This document shows, one piece after another, positions 1-8,859 of a stretch of DNA of 38,084 nucleotides. The stretch lies in IMG/VR virus record IMGVR_UViG_3300017914_000816, positions 1 through 38,084 of that record; one strand, 5' to 3'. The DNA is from a virus. Lineage: Duplodnaviria > Caudoviricetes. The notes under the pieces are model-generated. The model made no database searches, had not been told where the DNA came from, and saw only the letters and a list, made by a program, of their open reading frames with translations. How positions within the stretch are numbered: position 1 is the stretch's first letter; every line of letters starts with the position of its first letter. The position numbers and the translations under genes are program-made.

Positions 1-578
1 AACCATTCAGGATCAGGAACTTCCTTAGGTTGTTTTGTTTTCTTATCTATTACAGGATTGCCTTTGTCATCAAAGATACCTTTTAGTGTATGAAGTTCTT
101 GTGTAATACCATTGTATTGTGTAACATTCTCTGCCAATAGTTGTACAAAGTCTGTATCACTACTAACAATACAATGTTCATCATTAGGGTGTTTGTGTAC
201 CCAACGTGCAATAATATCATCTGCTTCTGCAATTTCACATCTTAATACAGAACAGTTTGTTTTTTCTTTTAAGAACGTTGTAAGGTCGTCAAATGCCTCC
301 CAGAACAATTTATCTTCTTCTTGTTCTGCTTCAGTTAAGGCTTGACGAGCGACTGCTCTATTCTTCTTATAAGGCTCATAAAAGTCTTTACGCCAACTAC
401 GTCCTTCCAAACAAAATACTACATGATCCGCTTGTTGCTTTTGCCAGCATTTAAGAACGGCATTCAATGTAATATGTACTGCTAGTCCTAGTTTCTCCCA
501 ACTATCACTGCCTCTAAAGGCAACGTGTCTTGCTCTAAAGAATGTGTTGGCTGTGTCTACTAGTAGATATTTTGTCAT
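1..578 (-). CDS. rnh: T4 RNase H-like 5'-3' exonuclease/flap endonuclease (partial, runs off window)
   Basis: Not in ORF track; read manually. ATG at 578 after GAGG RBS; MTKYLLVDTANTFFRARH...VFCLEGRSWRKDFYEPYKKNR...EADDIIA...IVSSDTDFVQL are FEN/PIN-like 5' nuclease motifs. Confidence 0.9.
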   Translation of the reverse strand, partial: MTKYLLVDTANTFFRARHVAFRGSDSWEKLGLAVHITLNAVLKCWQKQQADHVVFCLEGRSWRKDFYEPYKKNRAVARQALTEAEQEEDKLFWEAFDDLTTFLKEKTNCSVLRCEIAEADDIIARWVHKHPNDEHCIVSSDTDFVQLLAENVTQYNGITQELHTLKGIFDDKGNPVIDKKTKQPKEVPDPEW

Positions 579-587
579 TGATTCCTC

Positions 588-761
588 TTATTTGTCATTT
601 AAAACGTCTGGTGTAATAGCATCTACAATATTAACGGCTGTGTTTACAGTTGCTTTAGCAGTATAGATAACTGTACTTGTAGTTGTATCAACTACGGCTA
701 CTGTTGTACTACAACCTGTTAATAATACTATAAATGTCAATCCTAAGATTAATTTTTTCAT
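588..761 (-). CDS. small lipoprotein (57 aa)
   Basis: MKKLILGLTFIVLLTGC: signal peptide with lipobox LTG-C; fills the gap between neighbouring genes. Confidence 0.75.
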   Translation of the reverse strand: MKKLILGLTFIVLLTGCSTTVAVVDTTTSTVIYTAKATVNTAVNIVDAITPDVLNDK

Positions 762-763
762 AG

Positions 764-1690
764 TTACATTGTAAGCAATTTTGTTGTTTCTGTCAAGTGC
801 TGAATTAGTTTCTCACCAATAAGACGGTGTTGGTCAATATTTAAATTAGGCAAAGTTAATGAATTATCATAATCGATATAATTTTTCTTCATCGCGTCGA
901 ACTTTTTATCTAAATAATTGTCTTTTTTAAACACTGAATTAATTTTAGCTCTGCCTCGAACTTTTGGAACATACTCTCCAATACTAGTTCGCAATATATC
1001 AATAAATTCGTTAGAAGTGTCTAATCCTGATAGTAAAGTCATTTTAAGTCTGTTATCGTGATATCTAGGATTATTTTTAGCATCAATATAGTTTTGTATT
1101 TCTGTTGTTTTAATTTGTTTTCTTCTGTAAATGTCATCTATCCAACGATTCATTTCTTTACAACAATGTTCCGTTATAATAAATCTATTATTATAATTTG
1201 CAGTTTCATTAATTACATTTTCTAGTTTTTTAAGTTTTTGAAAAACTGTTATATGATCGTTGTCTGTTGCTTTATTAATTTTATCTAGGGATTCTCTAAC
1301 TTTAGATACATCTTTTCCTTTATGTAACATCCATACCGCTTTGTCTATATTAACTATATCCGTGGGATTTAAACTGAATAAATTTAATTTACCTTTCGAT
1401 CCAGGTAAGTCAATTATAAACCAATTAATATCATCTGAATTATCATTAATATTATTTTTAATGATTTTTATCGATTGGTCGCATACACCTCCTAGTGTAA
1501 AGTTTTTATCGATAATGTAATAAACATATGCATCCATTTCTTTAGCAACACTATCAACCCATGAATCATATAAAATGTTAGGGTTTAGTGGTAAATTCTT
1601 TTTAGGCCATCGCTCATCATACGAACCGTCAGATTGTGGTACAATATGTAAATCACTTATGGCAAATACTTTGTTATTTGTTTCAATCAT
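764..1690 (-). CDS. hypothetical protein (308 aa)
   Basis: Long ORF, 4-nt overlap with upstream gene; no clear family. Confidence 0.75.
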   Translation of the reverse strand: MIETNNKVFAISDLHIVPQSDGSYDERWPKKNLPLNPNILYDSWVDSVAKEMDAYVYYIIDKNFTLGGVCDQSIKIIKNNINDNSDDINWFIIDLPGSKGKLNLFSLNPTDIVNIDKAVWMLHKGKDVSKVRESLDKINKATDNDHITVFQKLKKLENVINETANYNNRFIITEHCCKEMNRWIDDIYRRKQIKTTEIQNYIDAKNNPRYHDNRLKMTLLSGLDTSNEFIDILRTSIGEYVPKVRGRAKINSVFKKDNYLDKKFDAMKKNYIDYDNSLTLPNLNIDQHRLIGEKLIQHLTETTKLLTM

Positions 1691-2394
1691 ATTAATTTTA
1701 AAAATTCTTTTGTTAATGTTTTGTTTGCTAGTTTATCAAAATAACCTTTACGATAAGGCTTATGAGTTTTAGATAGAATCTCAACAATACTTTCATTTAG
1801 GAAGGAAACATTTTCAGGTAAGTTTAATTCTAAACTTTCTAAATGTGTAGTTCTATATAAAACTACTTTCTTTGTAATAGTACTTATCTTTTTAACAAAG
1901 TTTTCTAGCATAGCAATCTGTGGTTCTATTGCTATTCTATCTCGCATTTCGCATATTTTTAAGTATATGTTTTCTTGTGATTGGGATAGATATATTTCAT
2001 CTTTACCATCTAAAAATAGATATTCATGTGTAAGAAACTTAACATCATCTGTAATACCGAACATTGTTCTTATTTGTAAGTCATCGTCAAAGTAAACAGA
2101 TTGTAAATCAGGTATACCAATAAATGCTATAACTTCTTCATTACGAGCTCTTATATCTGTTTCGTAATGACTATAACTATCAGACATCTTTTGTATTGTA
2201 GTTCTATGATGTGCTTCTGTTATAGTACTTGCTTTATATAATTCTGCTAGTTGATTTACAAAACTTCCTGGTCTATTATCAGGATGTTCTCTTTCAACCA
2301 TACTAAAATATTTTTTATCTTCGTGTGCGAATCTACATAAGTTTACAGTACAACAACCGCTAGAATATCCATCACCGAGATTATAAAATATCAT
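1687..2394 (-). CDS. hypothetical protein, possibly degenerate SGNH/GDSL-like fold
   Basis: N-terminal IFYNLGDGYSSG resembles the GDS-x-S/T block I of SGNH-like phage proteins. Confidence 0.5.
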   Translation of the reverse strand: MIFYNLGDGYSSGCCTVNLCRFAHEDKKYFSMVEREHPDNRPGSFVNQLAELYKASTITEAHHRTTIQKMSDSYSHYETDIRARNEEVIAFIGIPDLQSVYFDDDLQIRTMFGITDDVKFLTHEYLFLDGKDEIYLSQSQENIYLKICEMRDRIAIEPQIAMLENFVKKISTITKKVVLYRTTHLESLELNLPENVSFLNESIVEILSKTHKPYRKGYFDKLANKTLTKEFLKLI

Positions 2395-2395
2395 C

Positions 2396-2773
2396 TTACT
2401 TTACTTCTGTTCTACCGTCGCCTAAGTCAGTAGTTTCTACAAAACCACTTCTACCTTCAGTGTTATACTGTTCCCAAGTACTTAATGCAACATTCTTACA
2501 AACTTGATTGAACCATTGGTCAACAATGTCTTCATCACTTGCACCATTGAATCCTTTGTCTTTTAATTCTTGTACAAAGTATTCATTCCAGTCTAATTCA
2601 AAAGCACCTTGTACTGGATTGTTAGCATCGATATCTAAACCAATCACTTCAACGTAAGGTTCTTTGTTTTTAGTTGCTTGGGCTTTGGCTTCAGCAGAGT
2701 TCTTTGGTGTTTGAGCAGAAATAGTTTTTTCTAACTTCTTCTGTGTACCGAACATTTTTTTAATAAACTCCAT
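2396..2773 (-). CDS. phage hypothetical protein (125 aa)
   Basis: AGGAG RBS; GAFELDWNEYF...IVDQWF. Confidence 0.8.
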   Translation of the reverse strand: MEFIKKMFGTQKKLEKTISAQTPKNSAEAKAQATKNKEPYVEVIGLDIDANNPVQGAFELDWNEYFVQELKDKGFNGASDEDIVDQWFNQVCKNVALSTWEQYNTEGRSGFVETTDLGDGRTEVK

Positions 2774-2866
2774 GCTTACTCCTTTTGTTAATATCCGCTT
2801 TTTCTAATAGCATCAATATCTAATATTTTATTTTCTTTTTTATAATGCTTTCTTGGCATATGTATT

Positions 2867-3763
2867 TTAGGTCCCCCAGGCATTTCCGAATAGGCTGATG
2901 TGTAACCTTGGGGTAAATCGCCATCCTCTTTCCATACAGATGTTTGCGACTTCTTGGACGTTAAGATTGTATTCTTCACTTCTACCACCCAACGGCATAA
3001 GATAGACAGGACATTCGATACCTGCGGCTTTATATTCTTCAACAGCCTTCCCAGCCTCGTCAATATCAGTTCTATCAGCGACAACAAACTTAAGATACAT
3101 ATCACTATTAGATACACTGCTATAATTAACAGCCACATTAGGCTTGATAGCAGTATTCCAAGGCTCTCCGCTAACACTGAGTTTTGGGGAACAAGACCAA
3201 GTGACTTCAAACCTTGTTTGCTTGTCGAGATAGTTTCTAAAATCTTCATGTAAAAGTTGTGTAGTATTTGTTTCAAATGTGACATTTTTTAAGTCCTTCA
3301 TTTTAGGATGTTCAAACAATTCAATATAAAGCCTTTGCCATGCTAACAAAGGTTCACCACCTGTCATAATTAAGTGTATATCTTGTCCGTTATCCTGTGT
3401 CCACTTCCCATTAGGAGTTAGACTAATCAAATGTTCAACAACTTCATCTACACTTTTTAACATATTAAAATGTTTAAACTCAGGATAGATACTTGCATAT
3501 GTATCACAACCTGTGTGTATGATTGGCAAGTCGTTAAACTCTTTTGTATCTTTGTGTACATTCTTATCTAACAAGCCTTGCACTTCAGCATTATGAATTA
3601 CACCTTGTTTTTGTTTCTCGTCTCTCATTTGTTCACCACGTGGCAAACCAAAATTCATACAACGAAAGTTACAGCCAAAAGTTCTTAAAAATACACTAGG
3701 TACTCCTACATATTTACCTTCACCTTGTACACTGTAAAATGCTTCACTGTATCTTAGTTTCAT
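2867..3763 (-). CDS. queE: 7-carboxy-7-deazaguanine synthase (radical SAM)
   Basis: SEAFYSVQGEG, VFLRTFGCNFRC...GCDTY, MTGGEPLL, FETN, SPKL, RFTPRLH are QueE motifs; adjacent to queD. Confidence 0.92.
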   Translation of the reverse strand: MKLRYSEAFYSVQGEGKYVGVPSVFLRTFGCNFRCMNFGLPRGEQMRDEKQKQGVIHNAEVQGLLDKNVHKDTKEFNDLPIIHTGCDTYASIYPEFKHFNMLKSVDEVVEHLISLTPNGKWTQDNGQDIHLIMTGGEPLLAWQRLYIELFEHPKMKDLKNVTFETNTTQLLHEDFRNYLDKQTRFEVTWSCSPKLSVSGEPWNTAIKPNVAVNYSSVSNSDMYLKFVVADRTDIDEAGKAVEEYKAAGIECPVYLMPLGGRSEEYNLNVQEVANICMERGWRFTPRLHISLFGNAWGT

Positions 3764-3909
3764 TACACAAACCTATCTATAATTTCTGTTACAGTTACAA
3801 ATAATCCGTAACTAAAAATACTAAAAAGTACTATAAAGCCAAACACACTAGGATCGTCCCAGCCTGTATCATCTTTAAATCCCATACGTCTACAAAACTT
3901 GTCAAACAT
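3763..3909 (-). CDS. small single-pass membrane protein (48 aa)
   Basis: MFDKFCRRMGFKDDTGWDDPSVFGFIVLFSIFSYGLFVTVTEIIDRFV; TAATG-coupled to both queD and queE. Confidence 0.6.
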   Translation of the reverse strand: MFDKFCRRMGFKDDTGWDDPSVFGFIVLFSIFSYGLFVTVTEIIDRFV

Positions 3910-4415
3910 TATGCACCTACCTTAATAGTTTTCTTACCTTGCGGATATTCCATTTCATAAATTGCACTATTGGCACCATGCTCAAAACATTCAACACTCT
4001 TAACTCTTACTGTAGGATTAAGTAGAGTACCCTCTAACATACCTTGTTTAAGTATATGTGTTAATTGTAAGAATGCCATTTCAGCAAAACGTTCCGCACC
4101 AACACGTGGCACAATTCTAACATTTGCTAAACCTTTGGCGTGTAATTCTTCTAATGCTCCTCGTTGTGGATCATCTTCTGCAACCACAAGTGTATGATCA
4201 AACATTTCTTCTAACCAATTTTTAAACTTTTTAAGTCCACCAAAGTCCATTACCCAGTTACGTTCATCAAGATTATCACATTCAAAGATAACTTTAAAAC
4301 CTAAACTGTATCCATGTATTAATTTACAATGGCTATGTTCTGCTCGCCATTGTCTAAATGCACAACTCAAACCTCTGTCATTGTTGTACGTTTTTGTACT
4401 GTAAAATTTACCCAT
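3909..4415 (-). CDS. queD: 6-carboxy-5,6,7,8-tetrahydropterin synthase (QueD/PTPS family)
   Basis: HCKLIHGY, WVMDFGGLK, FDHT, GAERFA, VECFEHGANSA; operon with queE. Confidence 0.88.
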   Translation of the reverse strand: MGKFYSTKTYNNDRGLSCAFRQWRAEHSHCKLIHGYSLGFKVIFECDNLDERNWVMDFGGLKKFKNWLEEMFDHTLVVAEDDPQRGALEELHAKGLANVRIVPRVGAERFAEMAFLQLTHILKQGMLEGTLLNPTVRVKSVECFEHGANSAIYEMEYPQGKKTIKVGA

Positions 4416-4437
4416 TTATTGCTCCAATTAAATTACT

Positions 4438-4467
4438 ATTATACATTATATTTAGGCCCGTTGTCAA
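4438..4467 (-). promoter_or_regulatory. composite sigma70-like promoter with CCTAAATA box (queD-queE operon)
   Basis: minus strand TTGACA-acgggCCTAAATAtaatg(18)-TATAAT, then GGAG RBS. Confidence 0.8.
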
Positions 4468-4475
4468 GGTTAATG

Positions 4476-5453
4476 TTAATAATCCCATACATCACATACA
4501 TAACCTTTGCCATTTGTATCACCAAAATCACCATCTAATGTTTCGCCATTATAAAGGATTTCTGTAATAATGTTATCGCCATTGGGCATTTCTATTGCTT
4601 TGATATCTAGTTTAGATACATCAAATGGCTTTCCGTTTGTTTTGAGATACACATCATTAAACGTACCTTTTTCGATACTCATACCATAAAAGACGTAATT
4701 GTGACCATCTTCGTCTGCTAATTTATCTAAATCAAAGTAATCTTGGTCTACTTCTTTATTGTTTCGTTCTAGTAGTTTATCCAAGTCTTCATTTTCACAT
4801 ACAGTTTCAAGCCACTTACTACCCCATGATTCATTTTCAACTTCGTCAACTTCTATCCGACAAGATTCAAATGTAACACCATTCATATGTTCAATGTCAT
4901 CTTTTTCATACCACTGTTGATGAAACTCGTGCTCCATATCATATAAGAAGTCTGCTTCTTGTGGAATATCAACGTGCTTACGAAATTCTTCTGCATCTAC
5001 CATATAACTATCTAGGCTATCATACTCTGGATGGTCAAGTTCTATTTCACCTTCTTTAACTTTATTCCAAAACTCGTATGCTTCTTTTGTGATGCGACCG
5101 TATACAGATTCGCCACCATAACCCCACAGTCTAATACGATAATGTCGTACTGGCTTTTTAATTGTTTCAATAAGTTCTTCGTGTGCTTCTTCTGTAGTTT
5201 GTACATCAGTTACGTTAGACACTTTGAAACTACGCCAACCTTTTGCATTCAAATCATATACGCCAATATTTTCTAGTTGTTTAGCACTAGGTTCTTTTTT
5301 AGGCTTATCGCTTTTAGGCATATGCTCTTCTGGAATCAAACTAGGATCGAGTGTGCAAGTCATAATACGTTGTTCACCGTTTAGTTTGGTAAATGTAATA
5401 ACAGACTCCTTTGTACGAAGTCGTTCCATAAGTTGTTCTCTATTGTAATTCAT
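4476..5453 (-). CDS. WYL-like/SH3-fold (Sm-like) domain protein fused to acidic C-terminal domain
   Basis: VITFTKLNGEQRIMTCTL...VYDLNAKGWRSFKVSNV is typical of phage WYL_2-like proteins; further ~230 aa acidic domain. Confidence 0.7.
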   Translation of the reverse strand: MNYNREQLMERLRTKESVITFTKLNGEQRIMTCTLDPSLIPEEHMPKSDKPKKEPSAKQLENIGVYDLNAKGWRSFKVSNVTDVQTTEEAHEELIETIKKPVRHYRIRLWGYGGESVYGRITKEAYEFWNKVKEGEIELDHPEYDSLDSYMVDAEEFRKHVDIPQEADFLYDMEHEFHQQWYEKDDIEHMNGVTFESCRIEVDEVENESWGSKWLETVCENEDLDKLLERNNKEVDQDYFDLDKLADEDGHNYVFYGMSIEKGTFNDVYLKTNGKPFDVSKLDIKAIEMPNGDNIITEILYNGETLDGDFGDTNGKGYVCDVWDY

Positions 5454-5715
5454 TATCGTTTCCTGCTTCTAAATCCATACTCTGCCACTGGTTGTCGTCC
5501 CAATAATTGAATATATCAAAAAAACCTTGTTGCATAATTGAACTAGAATGCAAACTTTCGTTTGCCCATTTTTTAATCTCTGCGATTTGATCTTCGTTTA
5601 ACTCTGCAACATCTTCAACATTATAAAAAGAACACACTTGCTCTGATACTCTGTCGTAGATATCATTCTCTACTTGTTCTTCATGTTTGTGGACTCTATT
5701 CCATTCAAAAGCCAT
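5440..5715 (-). CDS. hypothetical protein
   Basis: ORF coupled to neighbours, GAGG RBS. Confidence 0.7.
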   Translation of the reverse strand: MAFEWNRVHKHEEQVENDIYDRVSEQVCSFYNVEDVAELNEDQIAEIKKWANESLHSSSIMQQGFFDIFNYWDDNQWQSMDLEAGNDNELQ

Positions 5716-5969
5716 TACTGCACCTCTTTTACTTCGTCTAATGCTTTATTCAAAATTTCAAATATCTTTGTCTGCATTTGGCTCTTTTGAGATTCAATTT
5801 TATTAGTTGAATTTAATTCAATTTGAGTTACAGCCAAAGGTTTCATAAATCCTTCTGGATTAACCATTTCAGTGTGTAAGTCCTTAACCATAACAGCCAA
5901 GTAAACTAACAAACCAAAAATAGATAGATTAATAACTACATTAATCCTACTTGCTATATCTTTTTTCAT
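5715..5969 (-). CDS. membrane-anchored hypothetical protein
   Basis: N-terminal TM helix VVINLSIFGLLVYLAVMV; GGAGG RBS. Confidence 0.7.
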   Translation of the reverse strand: MKKDIASRINVVINLSIFGLLVYLAVMVKDLHTEMVNPEGFMKPLAVTQIELNSTNKIESQKSQMQTKIFEILNKALDEVKEVQ

Positions 5970-6835
5970 TTGCTTTCCTCCGTGTTCATAAGTTTAAGTA
6001 ATTTCTTTTTACTAGATGCTTTGTAAATATTATCCATATAAATTATTTGTGTTGGAAATATACCTGCATCTTGTCCTTTTTCCCAATTAGTGTCTAAACC
6101 ATTATGTGATAAGAATCTAGTAATACCTGTTTGATATATTCCTGCTTTAATATAAAATCCTTTGTTTCCAGATCCTGATGTTTTACCTTTGTAATCAACT
6201 TTTAGTTCATCATTAACCCATATTTTATAAAACCCTTTGTCATCATGTTTTGACATAGTCACATTCATAATAATATGAGTCCACTTCCCTTTCATATCAT
6301 CAATGTTCATAAGTGTTGTTTTACGAAATGGATAAGGTATTTTAGGTCTTCCGTGAATTAAAAGATGTGCTATGATATTACCATTGCCGTCATCTTCCAT
6401 TTTAAAGGAAGGACCTTTACCTTTTTCATATAATTGAAAAAAGGAAGTTATAGTAGGATATATGGATTTAAAATCTTCTGGTATATAAATGCTATAAGAT
6501 ATCCATTGATCCGAGCCATACCATTTCTTTCCACTGAGCTCGCTTCTCATTCTGTCTTGCCCACCGCCATAGCCGTCGTACTCTGTACCACAATCTGTGT
6601 ATGTACCCCACTGATCATTACCACAATCAAATGGAATAGCAACAAATTTATAAGATTTTTTACCTAATACAGGTTCACCAGATCCTGCTTTTACAATAGA
6701 ATAAGATTTACCTATTTTGCCTGATGCAACACTGGGTTTTAATTCTTGATTGCTTAAATCATTATTACCAAAGGCATATGCATTAGAAATACCTAATGCA
6801 AATATTAACACAACTGTTGATAGTATCTTTTTCAT
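5966..6835 (-). CDS. secreted polysaccharide lyase-like (beta-jelly-roll, heparin lyase I-like) protein
   Basis: Sec signal MKKILSTVVLIFALGISNAYA; RSEL, WISYSIYIP, FFQ, GKWTHI, KIWVND, YIKAGIY, IYMDNI motifs. Confidence 0.7.
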   Translation of the reverse strand: MKKILSTVVLIFALGISNAYAFGNNDLSNQELKPSVASGKIGKSYSIVKAGSGEPVLGKKSYKFVAIPFDCGNDQWGTYTDCGTEYDGYGGGQDRMRSELSGKKWYGSDQWISYSIYIPEDFKSIYPTITSFFQLYEKGKGPSFKMEDDGNGNIIAHLLIHGRPKIPYPFRKTTLMNIDDMKGKWTHIIMNVTMSKHDDKGFYKIWVNDELKVDYKGKTSGSGNKGFYIKAGIYQTGITRFLSHNGLDTNWEKGQDAGIFPTQIIYMDNIYKASSKKKLLKLMNTEESK

Positions 6836-7065
6836 TATTGTACCTCCATATATGTTTCTGACAATTCACCTTTTTCAATTAACTCGTCTTGGATTTCCTG
6901 TGCAGTTAAATCTGCATAACCGTTTTCCTGTCTCCAGTCAATCTCGTCTTCTATGTGATGCATTCTCATAATATCTTTTGTACCAATGCCACCTAGGCCC
7001 AATTTAAGTTCGTTTAACTCTCCCCTTAAATCTTCTATCTCCATTTGTTCTACTTTTTTATACAT
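6835..7065 (-). CDS. hypothetical protein (start re-assigned to MYKKVEQ)
   Basis: AAGGAG RBS before ATG at 7065; upstream part of the track ORF overlaps the promoter. Confidence 0.7.
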   Translation of the reverse strand: MYKKVEQMEIEDLRGELNELKLGLGGIGTKDIMRMHHIEDEIDWRQENGYADLTAQEIQDELIEKGELSETYMEVQ

Positions 7066-7089
7066 ATTTCTCCTTCTTTTTATTGTATA

Positions 7090-7117
7090 ATAATAACACA
7101 ATATACAGATTTGTCAA
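7090..7117 (-). promoter_or_regulatory. sigma70-like (early-type) promoter
   Basis: TTGACA-N16-TATTAT with TG extended -10. Confidence 0.65.
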
Positions 7118-7681
7118 CTACTCCCAAGGGTAAACTAACCACACATCCTCTTCATTTTTGTTAACTTCATGGGCAGAATAGTGTACATTTCCAAAATTAC
7201 TACCCAAATTCTCTGTTAAAACTGCAAATCTTACATTTTCACCAAATATTTGATCCCATAAAGGACTATTAGGTAAGCAGGATTGTTTCCAATCGTTTAC
7301 TAGCCATTCGAACGTAGCACCAGTATCATTAATATCATCTATGATTAAAATGTTTTTCATTTTGTCTGGATCGTATTTGAAAGAACCCATTTCAACGTTG
7401 TACTCTTGTGAGTCATCATATCCATATGCATCTTCACTCATCCAAAGATTACTTTCTGGTCCACTATCGAGTCCACCAGTATCTCGCAATCTAATATCAA
7501 TTGTGTGCATTGGAATACCTGTTCTATTACTCATCATAATAGCAGGAACAAGTCCACCTCTTGTAATACCAACAATATAGTTTGGTCTCCAAGAATCGTT
7601 ATACATTTGAGTAATAAGACTAGTTGTCATTTTCTCAATGTCTTGCCAGTCATAAACGTGTTTCTTAACTGTCATCTTCAT
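7118..7681 (-). CDS. type I phosphoribosyltransferase (xanthine/guanine PRT-like)
   Basis: IVGITRGGLVPA, PRPP-binding ILIIDDINDTGATF, C-terminal WLVYPWE. Confidence 0.88.
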   Translation of the reverse strand: MKMTVKKHVYDWQDIEKMTTSLITQMYNDSWRPNYIVGITRGGLVPAIMMSNRTGIPMHTIDIRLRDTGGLDSGPESNLWMSEDAYGYDDSQEYNVEMGSFKYDPDKMKNILIIDDINDTGATFEWLVNDWKQSCLPNSPLWDQIFGENVRFAVLTENLGSNFGNVHYSAHEVNKNEEDVWLVYPWE

Positions 7682-8060
7682 CTTCCTCTTTTGGGTTACC
7701 TATTAATCCTTCTAAACTTTTATAATGGTCATAGGCTTCTTTTAGTGCCTCCCACTTCTCAAGTTTTTCTGGATCAGGAACAAGTATTGCTAACCTGTCC
7801 TCTATAGTTTTTAATCTTTCTTTTACGTGGTCTAAATCAGTTGGTTCTAATTTCCAATCATAATCTTCAATACCAGAACCTGTCATAGATAAATCCAATC
7901 CTGCAGGACTTGTATTATTATAACCAATATCTATTGAAGGACTTAAAGTAGTATCAAATGTATAATTGTAACCATTATGGTTGTTATAAATAGAATCGAC
8001 ATTTACTTGTATTACGTCATCACCAAAGTCAAATTCTTTTTGTTGCTTGTCTGTTGTCAT
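7665..8060 (-). CDS. hypothetical protein
   Basis: ORF coupled to neighbours; C-terminal coiled-coil. Confidence 0.7.
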   Translation of the reverse strand: MTTDKQQKEFDFGDDVIQVNVDSIYNNHNGYNYTFDTTLSPSIDIGYNNTSPAGLDLSMTGSGIEDYDWKLEPTDLDHVKERLKTIEDRLAILVPDPEKLEKWEALKEAYDHYKSLEGLIGNPKEEDEDDS

Positions 8061-8545
8061 ACATTATCTCCTAAATGTGTTTTATGATCTACCCAAGTAT
8101 AGTTAATTACATCTATGCCAAGTGTTTTATCATAAACGTATTTAGGTATAACAAATCCCCAATCCTTTTTCTTCTTACCAGGAATAAAAATAGTCCAAGG
8201 TGTAACACCTGGTTCTAGTTCTACTCTATGCATACTGTTTGCTTTAGCACTTCTAAAAGTAAAAGGACCTCTCCATGTTCTACTGGAACCTACTACATTA
8301 CCTTGGTCATTTAGAATTGGATACCATTCCCAATACCCACCTTTAATAATAAATGTTGAATAGTTCCAAGGGTGATCGTGTAATTCATCTGGATCACTTT
8401 TTAAGAACTTATGTAGAAAAATATTAAAAGGAAATTTGTTTCTGTCTTTTAGAAACAAATAGTATCTTTCTAAATAAGGTTCTCCAGTTTGTCTGTCGTT
8501 AATAATTCTATAACGACCTAACCAAGTCATTAACTTTTTAAACAT
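8057..8545 (-). CDS. cupin-fold protein
   Basis: FLHKFLKSDPDELHDHPW...GGYWE...MHRVEL metal-binding cupin motifs. Confidence 0.75.
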   Translation of the reverse strand: MFKKLMTWLGRYRIINDRQTGEPYLERYYLFLKDRNKFPFNIFLHKFLKSDPDELHDHPWNYSTFIIKGGYWEWYPILNDQGNVVGSSRTWRGPFTFRSAKANSMHRVELEPGVTPWTIFIPGKKKKDWGFVIPKYVYDKTLGIDVINYTWVDHKTHLGDNV

Positions 8546-8859
8546 TTTACTCTACTTCCTTCCCACATTTCTGATTGTTCATAACGTTCAACCCATTTTA
8601 AATGTGCAGGTCTCATGCCATGCTTATCAGTCATATTAGTTACTTGTTCGCCTTGCAATTCTAATAGTAATGCTTCGTGTGGGTGCATGGCTTTAATCAT
8701 ATTACCTTCAGCCCAACTATAAACACACCAATCATCTGGATAAGTTTCAAACTCTGGATCCAGTCGTTGATTAAGATAATGCTCCTTTAATTGCTGACGC
8801 ATCATCTCAATCTCTTTGTCTGAATACACTCTTTTATTTTTATTAGAATTTCCAGCCAA
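8530..8859 (-). CDS. hypothetical protein
   Basis: ORF overlapping both neighbours. Confidence 0.65.
   Translation of the reverse strand: MAGNSNKNKRVYSDKEIEMMRQQLKEHYLNQRLDPEFETYPDDWCVYSWAEGNMIKAMHPHEALLLELQGEQVTNMTDKHGMRPAHLKWVERYEQSEMWEGSRVKCLKS

Noticed and set aside
2788-3285. 165-aa alternate-frame ORF overlapping the queE 3' end (possible frameshift product)
   Set aside because: No slippery site or RBS seen; only the last ~23 codons (MPRKHYKK...) lie outside queE and might be a tiny ORF
2867-3763. NrdG (anaerobic RNR activase) call for the radical SAM gene
   Set aside because: The SVQGEG, SPKL and PRLH motifs and queD adjacency indicate QueE; no nrdD in the window
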